From the IMG/VR virus record IMGVR_UViG_3300044797_000098, positions 186,001 through 250,000 of that record: 64,000 bases of DNA; one strand, 5' to 3'. Of the stretch, positions 36,927 through 47,900 are shown in pieces. Positions within the stretch are counted from its first letter, which is position 1; every line of letters starts with the position of its first letter. The position numbers were made by a program, and so were the translations under genes. The notes beneath the pieces were generated by a model. That model saw only the letters and a list, made by a program, of their open reading frames with translations. It ran no database searches and was not told the DNA's origin.

Positions 36927-37898
36927 TTATTTTCCTTCTTGTTTTAGAAACTCTATTAATTTATCGGTATCACCATAATCAATATCTAATATAACACGCT
37001 CATTTCCTTTTGCTTGCTTTACACCACAACCCTCAATAATTATTTCTTCTTTATTTTTAGATTTAGCAGGAATGATTATTGTTCGTGTGTCATAAATAGT
37101 TTTAACTTCTTTTTCACATCCAATTAATGCATCGATTAGCGGTAAATTTAACTTGAAAATAACATCTGTTCCAACCAACGTTAAATCAGGGTCTGGTTCT
37201 ACTTCAACTTTTAAAAATACATCTGAATATACATCACCCATTATTCCAGCTGATCCGCCATAATTTCCAGCTCCTTGTATTCTCAATGTTGTAGAATTAC
37301 CCGACGGTATATTTATTTTTGCATTTACTTCAACTTCCGTAATCCCTTTTGCATTGCATTTTATGCAATCTTTAAATTTTACGTTTCTGCCATGGCATTT
37401 ACTGCACCCCGTTGAATAATGCATATTGCCTTGTTGTTGAATGACACGACCGAATCCATTACAAGATTTACATCCATTAGATTGTGGCTCTTTTCCATTA
37501 CCATCACAATCACTACATTTTATATTCTTTTTATATGATATCTCTTTTTCAACCCCCAACACGCTTTCTTTAAAAGATATTTTTGTATTTAAATTTATTG
37601 GTGATGCATTTATATTAGTTTGTTGCGAACGACCGAATCCATTAAAAATATCATTTAGATTTATATTAAATCCACCACCACTAAAAGGACTACGCGATTG
37701 TGGATTATATTTTTCAGGATTTTTACGATAGTCGATTATCAACTGATATGCTTCATTTATTTTTTTAAATTTATCAGTATCAGTTTTATATACATCTGGA
37801 TGAAACTGTTTTGCTAATTTTTTATATGTAGATTTTAAATCAGTATCAGATATACTATCTTGAACCTCTAATACATTATATGCTTCTTGAATATTCAT
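36927..37898 (-). CDS. dnaJ: DnaJ chaperone
   Basis: J domain with HPD and FKKINEAY, G/F region, four CxxCxGxG-type repeats, C-terminal domain. Confidence 0.95.
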   Translation of the reverse strand: MNIQEAYNVLEVQDSISDTDLKSTYKKLAKQFHPDVYKTDTDKFKKINEAYQLIIDYRKNPEKYNPQSRSPFSGGGFNINLNDIFNGFGRSQQTNINASPINLNTKISFKESVLGVEKEISYKKNIKCSDCDGNGKEPQSNGCKSCNGFGRVIQQQGNMHYSTGCSKCHGRNVKFKDCIKCNAKGITEVEVNAKINIPSGNSTTLRIQGAGNYGGSAGIMGDVYSDVFLKVEVEPDPDLTLVGTDVIFKLNLPLIDALIGCEKEVKTIYDTRTIIIPAKSKNKEEIIIEGCGVKQAKGNERVILDIDYGDTDKLIEFLKQEGK

Positions 37899-38442
37899 TC
37901 ATCTTACCGCTTTCTAACATTAATGAACAATAATATGCGACGCACATAGCATCACTTACATCATAACTTTCTATTTTAATTTTACCTTTTTTATCTTTTA
38001 TCCAAGGATATTCGATATCTAATAATGCAGATATATGTTGTGGGAGTTCTTCTTTTGCAGGAAGTTTTTTTTCACCAATTTCTCGACGAATACCATGTCT
38101 AATAGACATAACATTGAATAGATCTGGTGGTCTTCCTAAAAAATCATATGCCATCAATCCAATCATTCTATTAAATACTGAAAGATTAATTATTGTTGTG
38201 GCGCTACTTTTACCTTTCATAAACTTAATTAAATCCTCTATGGCAATATAGTCAGGATTATATTTTTCCACAATCTGTCGAATATCTTTTCGAGTTTGGT
38301 CTAGTCTTTCAAAAAGATTTCCTTTTTTCGAAGGTTTATAAAACGAATGATTTATAAGTTTTGGTTTTTGCCCACGAGCATAACTTAATATACACCATCC
38401 TATTGTAGTCGTCGAAACATCAATACCCATTATTATAGCCAT
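37876..38442 (-). CDS. RuvC-like Holliday junction resolvase
   Basis: IMGIDVSTTTIGW, YIAIED, YDVSDAMCVA. Confidence 0.82.
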   Translation of the reverse strand: MAIIMGIDVSTTTIGWCILSYARGQKPKLINHSFYKPSKKGNLFERLDQTRKDIRQIVEKYNPDYIAIEDLIKFMKGKSSATTIINLSVFNRMIGLMAYDFLGRPPDLFNVMSIRHGIRREIGEKKLPAKEELPQHISALLDIEYPWIKDKKGKIKIESYDVSDAMCVAYYCSLMLESGKMNEYSRSI

Positions 38443-38471
38443 AGCACTGACTATATCGTTATATTACATAA

Positions 38472-38512
38472 TTAAAATAAATAGGGTAAAACCATTTCTG
38501 ATCCTACCCTAT
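38472..38512 (-). terminator. Probable intrinsic terminator after the SSB gene
   Basis: atagggta...taccctat stem followed by TTATTTT on the minus strand. Confidence 0.6.
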
Positions 38513-38546
38513 AAATATATCAATTTATGCGTGTTTTTACGCTAAA

Positions 38547-39227
38547 TTAAGCTGATTTTTTCTTAGAATCATAATCTTTGAAAAAATTACTCGAATCATC
38601 ATCTTCATCATCTGATTGATTTGATGAATCAGATCCGCCACCATTACCACCAATCTCTTCTGTTATTTTAGCAAGACGAGCTTGAACCTGTTCATATGTT
38701 GGAGGTGTTGTTCTACGAACCAATGCATCTGTGCCATTTTCTGCTTGAATAGCAAGATCTGATGCAGACAATGGTTTCTTTGGTTTAGCAACCGCAGAAT
38801 ATCTCGTTGGGCCAGCTTGATCACCAGCATTTATAATCGATATATCGTATGTTGATGGATCGCCCCAATCTGGATCATCATTAAGGTTTTTAATTCCCTT
38901 AAAAACTGTAAAACTGGCATCTAATATTTTATACATATTAGTTTCACGATCTATAACACCAATTAACCAACGTCGTTTTGGTTTATTGTCTTGCTCACAT
39001 AATGGACATCCTGTTTCTTTCGTGCTTGAACAATTAACACGATATCCGTATTTTTTGCCACCTTCTGGTGCATATGTGTGCTGTGAATATTGATGTGGAA
39101 GTGTTAATACACGAATAAGATTCGTGCCTTCTTTAAGACGCATCCATTCATCTTTCTTGCCGTTACTTTTATTTGGGTCGAATAATACTGTATCTGACCA
39201 ATTTACTTCACCACTTTTATTTGCCAT
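38547..39227 (-). CDS. Single-stranded DNA-binding protein (T4 gp32-like)
   Basis: LKEGTNLIRVL, H..C..CPLC zinc site, YDISI, acidic tail DDEDDD. Confidence 0.78.
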   Translation of the reverse strand: MANKSGEVNWSDTVLFDPNKSNGKKDEWMRLKEGTNLIRVLTLPHQYSQHTYAPEGGKKYGYRVNCSSTKETGCPLCEQDNKPKRRWLIGVIDRETNMYKILDASFTVFKGIKNLNDDPDWGDPSTYDISIINAGDQAGPTRYSAVAKPKKPLSASDLAIQAENGTDALVRRTTPPTYEQVQARLAKITEEIGGNGGGSDSSNQSDDEDDDSSNFFKDYDSKKKSA

Positions 39228-39355
39228 TTTATTTTCCTATTATCTATTCAATCTAACTATTAGATTTACTGTTTTTATAACCGATTTTTAGCATCTTTTA
39301 CGATGCTAATTTCCTAATTAATATGCTATTTTATTACCCGTTTTAATACTTATTT

Positions 39356-39679
39356 TTAGCCTGCAATGAAACGAACATAACGTGTTCGAGAATGATCTGT
39401 TGTGCGACCAAAACGAACGCTAACACCAGCATTACGAATTGATGGAACTATAACGTTTAGAACACGACGAAAATAACTTGGTGAACGAATGCCAGTGCGG
39501 ATTTTACCACTTAGATCTGTCATTGTTCCAATCCATTGACCATTTTTTGTCGAGTTAAGTAAATCAATTACTTGTTGTTTGATGTTGTTAACAACGGCGC
39601 GATCAACATTGATTGATCGTGTTGTTGTGCTGCTGCTTGTCTTGCGACCTGTTCGGGTTGTTTTTGCTGTTTTACTCAT
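39356..39679 (-). CDS. Small basic putative DNA-binding protein (winged-helix-like)
   Basis: K/R/T-rich N-tail; WIGTMTDL...SPSYFRRVLN...GVSVRFGR. Confidence 0.55.
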   Translation of the reverse strand: MSKTAKTTRTGRKTSSSTTTRSINVDRAVVNNIKQQVIDLLNSTKNGQWIGTMTDLSGKIRTGIRSPSYFRRVLNVIVPSIRNAGVSVRFGRTTDHSRTRYVRFIAG

Positions 39680-39738
39680 TTTGATTTCTCCTATTTTTAT
39701 TTTCTGTTTTTTGTTTGATTGTTTATTAAGGTAAGTTT

Positions 39739-40092
39739 TTACTTTGTTTGTTGTTTATGTCTATAAATTAGATTCTGAATATCAATTATTCGATTCCAAG
39801 GAATCTGAACCTCTACGAATTGTGATACATCTGTTTCTTTTATTCTTTCATTATACTCTGTTCTAACCGAATCAGATGGACAATAAAATCCTACGAACTT
39901 TGCACAATGAACGAAACTATCGTCATATTTTACTGCCAAAAAATATGGCATCTTTTGTTGTTTGGTAACTTCTAATGTTATTAGATATGTTGGAAGTGTT
40001 CGTTGTGGTGCTTTGTATGAATCTAAAATCGAAGGCTGACCCGGTGTTTCTTCAATTTGTCTATTTTTTTGTGGAACTAATATATCTGGCAT
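39739..40092 (-). CDS. Hypothetical protein
   Basis: 117-aa ORF abutting recA. Confidence 0.65.
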   Translation of the reverse strand: MPDILVPQKNRQIEETPGQPSILDSYKAPQRTLPTYLITLEVTKQQKMPYFLAVKYDDSFVHCAKFVGFYCPSDSVRTEYNERIKETDVSQFVEVQIPWNRIIDIQNLIYRHKQQTK

Positions 40093-40093
40093 A

Positions 40094-41245
40094 TTATACT
40101 GCTACTTTCTTTGACTTCTTTTCTGATTTTATCTCAACAACGTTTTCTGTATTTGGTTTTCTATTAAACTTTGAGTCTCTTGCAATCTCAATCTTATCTG
40201 ATATTTCTTGTAATAGGAGCGGATTTTCTGACAATGCTTCGCAGAACTTTGGAAAACCTACCCATTTATAATCACCATATTGGTGTGATACTGATGTTGG
40301 TTTTTCTACAACATTATAGTCTAATGCAAGTTTAGCAATTTCTTCGTGTTTATCCACTACACCTTTGGAAAAATCTACCTTGAACTCACAATCTCTTGGG
40401 GTAGGTCCGAACTTACTCTTTTCAATTTTAGCTCGCATTGTATGACCAATCTTTTGGTCTTTATCATCTAAAATTTGCGCATCTTTTCTTTGAACTGCTT
40501 GAAAATACACATTGCAAGATAGGAAGTGTCCATATGTATTACCACCTGAGAATGTATGGTCTGGGCCATACGGATCAAAACCATCTCTTTTGTGATTAAT
40601 CATAATAAAAGGAAGATTTGCTTTTTTCACTTCCAATGAAACTTTCTTCATTGTTGTTGAAAGGAAACGTGCAAGCAATGACATATTCATTTTACCAACT
40701 GCTGAAACATCTTCTCCGGGTGGAATTACTGCTCCAATCGAATCTAACACCACTAAATTAAAATTCATTTCTTTTTTCGCAACCTTATCAAAAAAACCTT
40801 CTTTTGATTTTCCCACAAGAATATGCTTGCTATCTTCTTTTGGTGTTCCAAGCAACGATTCGAACAATCTACGACCATTTACCGCGAGATCACCACTAAT
40901 ACGTAATACTCGTTTTAGATCTATTCCAAGCGTTTCTGCCCATATTGCAGAAAACGTTCCTTCCGCATCTATAAATAATTGCTTGGCTGTTGGATCTGCT
41001 TTTTGTGCTTCGAGTATTCCAAGCATTGCCATAAGTGTTTTACCACTATGTTGTGGTCCATATAACTGAATAATGCGACCGAATGGATATCCGCCTGATG
41101 ATAGCGCGTCATCAAGGCTTGGACTACCAGTTTTAATTACTGGAACTTTACCACCGTATTCATTTGCATATCCGATATCTAATTCTTCATCTGCATCTGC
41201 GAATGCTCTAAAAAAATCTGCTTCGTTTGAACTCATTATTTCCAT
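40094..41245 (-). CDS. recA: RecA recombinase
   Basis: TGSPSLDDAL.GGYPFGRIIQLYGPQHSGKT, FIDAE, LVVLDSI, GGN, KIEKSK. Confidence 0.95.
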   Translation of the reverse strand: MEIMSSNEADFFRAFADADEELDIGYANEYGGKVPVIKTGSPSLDDALSSGGYPFGRIIQLYGPQHSGKTLMAMLGILEAQKADPTAKQLFIDAEGTFSAIWAETLGIDLKRVLRISGDLAVNGRRLFESLLGTPKEDSKHILVGKSKEGFFDKVAKKEMNFNLVVLDSIGAVIPPGEDVSAVGKMNMSLLARFLSTTMKKVSLEVKKANLPFIMINHKRDGFDPYGPDHTFSGGNTYGHFLSCNVYFQAVQRKDAQILDDKDQKIGHTMRAKIEKSKFGPTPRDCEFKVDFSKGVVDKHEEIAKLALDYNVVEKPTSVSHQYGDYKWVGFPKFCEALSENPLLLQEISDKIEIARDSKFNRKPNTENVVEIKSEKKSKKVAV

Positions 41246-41733
41246 CCTATCATATCATTGTTATTATTTGATGAGACTATACCTTTGCGCATTCCAATAC
41301 CAACATCTTTATAGTAATGGTGTGCTTTGATTAGTATTTCATACTTTCTCTCTAAAAAAGTTTTACTTCCTTTTGCTTTTGCGAGCAAGGCATTTAATTT
41401 CTCAACATCCGTTGAGGATTCACCTGCTTGTTTTTTCATATCAGCGGTAGTTTTTCCATCCGCTGCTTTATATTCAAGAGCAACTTTATTTTTTATTGAA
41501 TTGACTTTTGTTTCTAAAAAAGAAACTGTTTTTACCAGTTTTGCGATATAACCAATTAATATATCTGCTCCGTATAACGTTTTTTGTTGAAGCATTTCGG
41601 CGTGAGCGATATCGATGGCATTTTCTGATGCCAGAACCGAAAGCACCTGTTGTATTTCAGTTAAATCGAAGTCTGAAAAATTATCGTCGAAACTTTCGCC
41701 AACCGCCTGACCAAGTGTGATTTTTTCTTTCAT
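41236..41733 (-). CDS. Helical protein, possible UvsY-like recombination mediator
   Basis: 165-aa coiled-coil overlapping the recA start. Confidence 0.4.
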   Translation of the reverse strand: MKEKITLGQAVGESFDDNFSDFDLTEIQQVLSVLASENAIDIAHAEMLQQKTLYGADILIGYIAKLVKTVSFLETKVNSIKNKVALEYKAADGKTTADMKKQAGESSTDVEKLNALLAKAKGSKTFLERKYEILIKAHHYYKDVGIGMRKGIVSSNNNNDMIGWK

Positions 41734-41784
41734 ACATCTAATTTACTCACTGTCTGATTTATTCGCAACATCTTTATTTTTAAT

Positions 41785-42120
41785 TTATTTTTTAAGGTCT
41801 GACTTTATTTCTTCGAAGATTTTAGAAGCCTGAGATTTTATGTCAACACATAAATCATCAACTTGCTTGCGCATTAGCCTTAACTGTTGATTTTGCATTA
41901 TAGAACATATAAATAAAAATACTTCCATTGAAGTCTGTCTAGTTGATGGTGGCTTAATATATGTTATATATCCATTATTATCTGAAACAATAAGATCCTG
42001 AAACAAGTCCGATCCCTTCATTGAAGGGGGACGATCATATGATGCACAAATATCTTTATACATTTGATACTCATCATCTGTTAAAAGAACCATTTGATTT
42101 GCAATTATTCGTTTTTGCAT
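41785..42120 (-). CDS. Hypothetical protein
   Basis: 111-aa ORF. Confidence 0.65.
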   Translation of the reverse strand: MQKRIIANQMVLLTDDEYQMYKDICASYDRPPSMKGSDLFQDLIVSDNNGYITYIKPPSTRQTSMEVFLFICSIMQNQQLRLMRKQVDDLCVDIKSQASKIFEEIKSDLKK

Positions 42121-42121
42121 A

Positions 42122-43138
42122 TTATCTATTATCTCTTTCTTCTATATTTTTCTTGGCTGAGTACGGACGAAGATTTTCTAACGACCAGCACTTTAAAAAA
42201 TTAGGATGTTCGAAACTATTAAATATTAATTTTGATTGCGGAACTATGTGATCTATTTGCCAAGTCCAAGTCGACGGATCTTTTTCATTCCAGCTTTTAG
42301 GATTATATACACCATGATTATTTAACGTCATCCATGCTTTGCCATCTGGTGTTAAATTTTCTGAATCATTAAATTTACTAACTAAGTGCTCTAATAACTC
42401 TTCTCCTGTAAATGGAAGATTATATTTACATGATACTTTCTTTTTTAATCCCATTTGACTTTTGATCATTCTACGAATAAAATTAGAAACATATATCATA
42501 TATTTATATGTTGGATCAATTTTTCTTTTCTTTTTATTTGTTTCATTTTTCTTTTTATTTATTGCGGACTTATTATTATAATAATAGTCTCTACCATATT
42601 TTTGCCTTTCTTCTTTATTTTCTTCATAGTATTCACTTGCTTTTTCTAAAATATCTTCCTTATTATCTTTATAATAATTTTGGGAGTATTCTATTTTTTC
42701 TTGCTGATGACTATCATAATACGTTTTTGCTTTAACTGCATCTTTTTTCTTTTCATCACACGTTCTGTTTTCTCTTTTTTCTTTTGATTTTTGTGCTATT
42801 TCTTCCTTGTTTTCTTTTCTATATTCTTTACTATATTCTAACCTTGCTTCTTTATTATTTTTATAGTAATCTATGGATCTACCTATCTCTCGTTCTTTAT
42901 TTTCTTTATAATAATTTATATTATATTCTGATTTTTCTTCTTTATGTTCTGCACCATATGAATTTATTCGTTCTAACTCTTGTTCTCTATTATCTTCAAA
43001 ATATTTTTTATTATATTTTGTTTTACATATTTTACACATATATTCTAGTCCGTCTTTATTATTTTTATTTTTAGAAAAAAATGAAAGATCCCTTTCTTGT
43101 TCACATTTTGTGCAAGTCTTTTTCTCAACATTTTCCAT
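42122..43138 (-). CDS. Putative homing endonuclease (zinc finger, Y/K/E repeats, HNH-like C-terminus)
   Basis: CTKC...CKIC; repeated YYxxNKE; WQIDHIVP...CWSLENLRPYSAKKN. Confidence 0.8.
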   Translation of the reverse strand: MENVEKKTCTKCEQERDLSFFSKNKNNKDGLEYMCKICKTKYNKKYFEDNREQELERINSYGAEHKEEKSEYNINYYKENKEREIGRSIDYYKNNKEARLEYSKEYRKENKEEIAQKSKEKRENRTCDEKKKDAVKAKTYYDSHQQEKIEYSQNYYKDNKEDILEKASEYYEENKEERQKYGRDYYYNNKSAINKKKNETNKKKRKIDPTYKYMIYVSNFIRRMIKSQMGLKKKVSCKYNLPFTGEELLEHLVSKFNDSENLTPDGKAWMTLNNHGVYNPKSWNEKDPSTWTWQIDHIVPQSKLIFNSFEHPNFLKCWSLENLRPYSAKKNIEERDNR

Positions 43139-43188
43139 ACCTAAAATCTCCTATAACTATACCAATTTATTAGCATTTTTATAGTATT

Positions 43189-43782
43189 TTATCCTCGTCG
43201 CAAACTCTTTAATTTTTGTAAGTGAGCATCAGCACGAGCACTCTCTTTTGGATCTATTTGCATTCCATCTCCAAAAAGATTTGTCATTTGACCCAATTCA
43301 TTTCTATTTAAACCATCACCTGCTTCCGATGCAAGATCTATCTCATTACCCTCATCATCAGTGCCTACGTATAGGGACGGATCTGCCAGCCCTCCTGCCC
43401 CGCCTTTCTTTATAAACTCTATGGCATTTTTAGGATTTATCTGTCCAGTTCCAACACCCTCTTCTACATCACCGTTTGCTCTACGAAGTGGTTTCGGCTT
43501 ACCGCCACCTTGGCGCTCTTCGTCTCTAACTGTTGCAGGGAGTTCATTTTTATTAATTACAATTTCATCCTCTTTTAATTTACGAAGTTGAAAATTAGTA
43601 AATAACCAATCTTCTATTTGATCCATGTGTTCGCTTGCTTTATTGAGAACTGCTTTTAGATCATTGATTATAATCTGAACATTTGGATCTACTATATGCT
43701 CACCACATAATGGACACGAATTAATCGAGATCGCATGCTGAAACTTAGCCGGAACATCTTCACTACAAGAATTACATTTCAT
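43189..43782 (-). CDS. Zinc-ribbon-containing hypothetical protein
   Basis: MKCNSC...CPLCG. Confidence 0.7.
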   Translation of the reverse strand: MKCNSCSEDVPAKFQHAISINSCPLCGEHIVDPNVQIIINDLKAVLNKASEHMDQIEDWLFTNFQLRKLKEDEIVINKNELPATVRDEERQGGGKPKPLRRANGDVEEGVGTGQINPKNAIEFIKKGGAGGLADPSLYVGTDDEGNEIDLASEAGDGLNRNELGQMTNLFGDGMQIDPKESARADAHLQKLKSLRRG

Positions 43783-43784
43783 AA

Positions 43785-44990
43785 TTATACTTTCTTAGAT
43801 TTTGATTTACTGGATTTCTTAGTTTTCTTTGCTGGTGATTTGGTTTTAGTGGTTTTTGATTTTTGTTTATTTGATAGTTTAAATTTACTAACATTTGGTG
43901 ATAGCGTTGCTTGCTGATGCATTTCTTTAAATTTTCGCAATGCCTCTTCTTGTTCTTTTTTCATATTAGATTCATACTTTAAATCTATATCATACTCGTC
44001 GCGCTCATATAATTTTTGACTAACACTCGAAACAATTACATCAAGTGCAGTTTTAAGATTATTATCATACAATTTTCCACTAACGCTCGAAGCAATTACA
44101 TTAAATGCATCACTAACATCATTAACGGATGCGGGTTTATGATTTTCCGCATTAGCTAAAAGAACATCTGGAATATCCTTGTTTTTAAAAAACTCTTCAT
44201 CGCTAACATTTTCGAGAACTTCTAATGGGAGATTTACACCATATCCACCATTATCTGGTCTCTCTGAAACTGCATGCAAAACATCTCTATTTTCATAATC
44301 AGATATTTTATTATTTAAATCAAGCAACCATTTATTACAATGCGTAAGTTTTTCACTTAAATCAGATATGATACTTTTTATTTCAGAAAGATCGTTTTTT
44401 TGTAAATCATTTGCAATATTAATTAATTCGTCCATTGAGTTAGCCGTTTCATCCGGATTATAATGATTAAGTTTGGAAAAATCTATTTTGCCAGCCTTTA
44501 TCTCTTTTTTCATATCTGCGAACGTGTAGGTTTCATAACCTAACTCATTCATTTGTTTTGTAATATAATCTGTATTATTACGTATTTCTTGCTGAAAATC
44601 TTCGGATACTTTTTCGATTACAACTTCCGGAATATCTAAATCTTTATTTCCATACATTCTATCGAAAATAGTGCCAACTGATTTATCAGCTGATTCAATA
44701 CATTCTTGTAATTGCTCTGTTAAACACTGATCTGTTTTAACATCAGTAATTTTTTTATTAAAAATACTTTTATCTGGAACTCTGGAAGAACCTATGATTA
44801 CATTTTTCTGATCAGGATCAGACCCATGTGCATAAACTCTAAAATCAGGATCCTTGGAAGCCTCAGCAAAAACTTCTTTAAAAGATTCGATATCTTTTTT
44901 TGATGGTTCATTTATACTATAATCATTATCAAAATCATCATTAATAAAACTCTTTACAACACCAACAATATTTTTTATAAATTTAATCAT
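43785..44990 (-). CDS. Hypothetical acidic protein with histone-H1-like basic tail
   Basis: 401 aa; 20-aa duplication VIASSVSGKLY/VIVSSVSQKLY; tail KSKTTKTKSPAKKTKKSSKSKSKKV. Confidence 0.7.
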   Translation of the reverse strand: MIKFIKNIVGVVKSFINDDFDNDYSINEPSKKDIESFKEVFAEASKDPDFRVYAHGSDPDQKNVIIGSSRVPDKSIFNKKITDVKTDQCLTEQLQECIESADKSVGTIFDRMYGNKDLDIPEVVIEKVSEDFQQEIRNNTDYITKQMNELGYETYTFADMKKEIKAGKIDFSKLNHYNPDETANSMDELINIANDLQKNDLSEIKSIISDLSEKLTHCNKWLLDLNNKISDYENRDVLHAVSERPDNGGYGVNLPLEVLENVSDEEFFKNKDIPDVLLANAENHKPASVNDVSDAFNVIASSVSGKLYDNNLKTALDVIVSSVSQKLYERDEYDIDLKYESNMKKEQEEALRKFKEMHQQATLSPNVSKFKLSNKQKSKTTKTKSPAKKTKKSSKSKSKKV

Positions 44991-44999
44991 TGTATTCCT

Positions 45000-47900
45000 T
45001 TAATTATCGTTTTCTTCATCATCCAGATCGATTAATCCCTCATCAAAAAGATCATCTTCAATATCGCTAATCATACCATCAATATCATTCACATCTTCTT
45101 TTTTATCTACTATATCGGTCGTTAAAACTTTTTTCACAACTTTTTTTGCTTTTAAATTTTTAGGTGCTATTGGCGGTGGACAAAACTCATGTAAATTATC
45201 TAAAACTACACCGATCTCATCACCATAATGATTCACGGAACCAGAAAAATGTATTGCAATTCCTTCCTGAAACTTATACCTACCACCACTTAGATATCGC
45301 ATACGATCTTTTACCTCCTCCCAGCCATCAGGGAAGATTGTAAGACTTAACTGTTCGCCGGTTTCATCCTCCACTGTAATTTTAGCCATATCTTTACCCA
45401 GATGCTTGGATCCTTCTTTTTTAACTTTTAACATAAAAATATCTTTTACTTCTGCTTTTATAGAACCTACCCTTGTTTTATTTTCTAATTTCTTAATTTC
45501 ATTGACTTTTGCTGATTTTCCATCAAAAAATCCAACATATGCTTTATCTTTTCCACATATGAACGCTTCACCCATACACTGAACCTCCAATGCATATAAT
45601 TCTGGCATTCCCCATTCCTTTTCCACCGGCCAAGGATATTCAAACTTTTCAGTTTTTGGATCGTGTTTTTTTAACCATGTCTGTAATTTCTTTTTATAAT
45701 CACTACAATATAAAAATATTAAATGTCTTGGAATACCAAACTCATCTAAACAACCACTAACCGCCAATGCTTGAACCGTATTAGATCTCATCTTTGATGA
45801 ATCAGATAGAAGCATAAAATCATCAAAACTCGTGAATGGTCGTTTTACCATTATATCTTTTATGGCGTCATCACCTACATTTTTTAGTGCCTCAAACCCA
45901 GTTAGCAACGATCCGTCTTTTTGTATTTGATATGTTATACCAGATTTATTTATATTTGGCTTATCAATACGAATACCAGATTTTCTAATTTCTTGTTTTA
46001 TTTTTTCTATATTCTTTTTTGCTACCTTTGCATTTGTTGAACGAACCTCATACATTAAGTTAGCAAGCAAAAACTCTGTTGGAAAATGTGCTTTTAGATA
46101 TGCTGTATGAAAAGATATCATTGAGTATAAAACTGCGTGAGAACAATTAAAACTATATTTACCGAATGGCTCAATAATCTCGTGCCATATTTTTATGGCA
46201 GTTTTATTCGGTATTTTGTTTTTCTCTGCTCCTGCAATAAACTCTTGTCTCCATTTTTCAGCCTTCTCTGGATTTTTACCTTTTTCTTTTGTTAGCTTTC
46301 TTAATTTATCGGCTTCATCAAGTTCCCAACCAGCAACATCCTTTGCAAGAATCAATAAGCTTTCATCATACAATGGAAACCCATACGTATGTTTCAATGC
46401 ATTTTCAAGGCTTGGGTGCAATAATTTTTTCTCTTTCTTACCCTCTCTAACCTGAATAAAATCTTCTCTAATTTCTTTCGACGCTGGACGAGCAAGCGTT
46501 GTTATGATTGCAAGATCATCTATACTTTTTGGCTTTATTTTTTTACATAAATCTATTGTTCCAGCAGAAGTTCCAAACTGGAATACACCGAATGTATTAC
46601 CAGATGTTATTAGATCATATGTTTTTTTATCATACACCTCGTAATCTACTTTTGGAACCTGCTTACCACCTTGTTTTATTAACTCATTAGTTTTTTCTAT
46701 AATATCCAATGTTTCCAATCCAAGAATATCTATTTTGACAATACCAGCTTCTTCTGCCCTATCTTTGTCCAACTGTATTGATGTAATATTATCTTTATCT
46801 ACCCTTATTGGAACAACCTGTGATACTGGTCGATTCGATATTACGATACCAGAAGCATGAACACCATTTGCGCGAGGCTTTTCGCATATAACTTTATATT
46901 CTTCTATTTGAGGGTATTTTTTTATATATTCGGACAATACTGGCGCGTGTTTCATTGCATCTTTCCAATATCTCAATGGAACATTATCAATTTTATCTGG
47001 AATAATAGCAGATATGTCTGCTCCAAGCTTTACTGCATTCTTACGATCCCCACCTAATTCTAATGATCTGCATAAATCTTTTACATATACTTTTGGAGTA
47101 ATATAAATAAAATTATTTACTTGTGCAAACTTATCTTTACCATATTTTTTTATAATATAATTGATTACAAGCTCTCGCTTTTCTTTTGATATATCGTTAT
47201 CGATATCTGCAAACGAGGTTCGTTTTTTACTAAAAAATCTTTCGAATACTAATTTATACTTTATAGGATCAGCTATATGAATACCAAGGAGATATGCTAC
47301 GAGGGAACCACCTGCACTACCACGACCAGGCCCAACGGAAACGCCATTATTTCTCGCCCAATCCATAAAATCTGCTGTAATCAACATGTATGAGCTGGTT
47401 CCACAATAATATAAAACATCTAATTCTTCTTCGAATCGTTTTACATATTCTTCTTTATATTTTAATCCTGTTCTAATAAGTTCTTTTTCACATCTAAATC
47501 TAAGGAAGTTTTTATCTTCATCTAACGCCCTTCTTTCATTTGATTGTTTTTGCAGCCATTCACAAAACTCAGGATAGTCTTTTTCATCTTTTACTGGAAA
47601 AACCGGAAGCTCTTTGCCACCTGGATTAGAAAACTTCGGTTCAATCCAATCTGGCTTCTCACATAAATCTGAAAAATAAATCGTATTTTCACATATTTTA
47701 TTAGCAAAATCTTCATTATAATTTCTCGAAAAAAACGACTTTACTTCATCATATGATTTTAGATACATATCGCTTGTGTCAAACTTCAATCGTGCATTAG
47801 AGTATGTTGGCTGCATTGAACCAATTGCAAGCAATGCGTCTTCAATTTTAGATTGTTCTCGTTTTAAATACCTTGCTGAGTTCGTTGGCACAACTCTTAA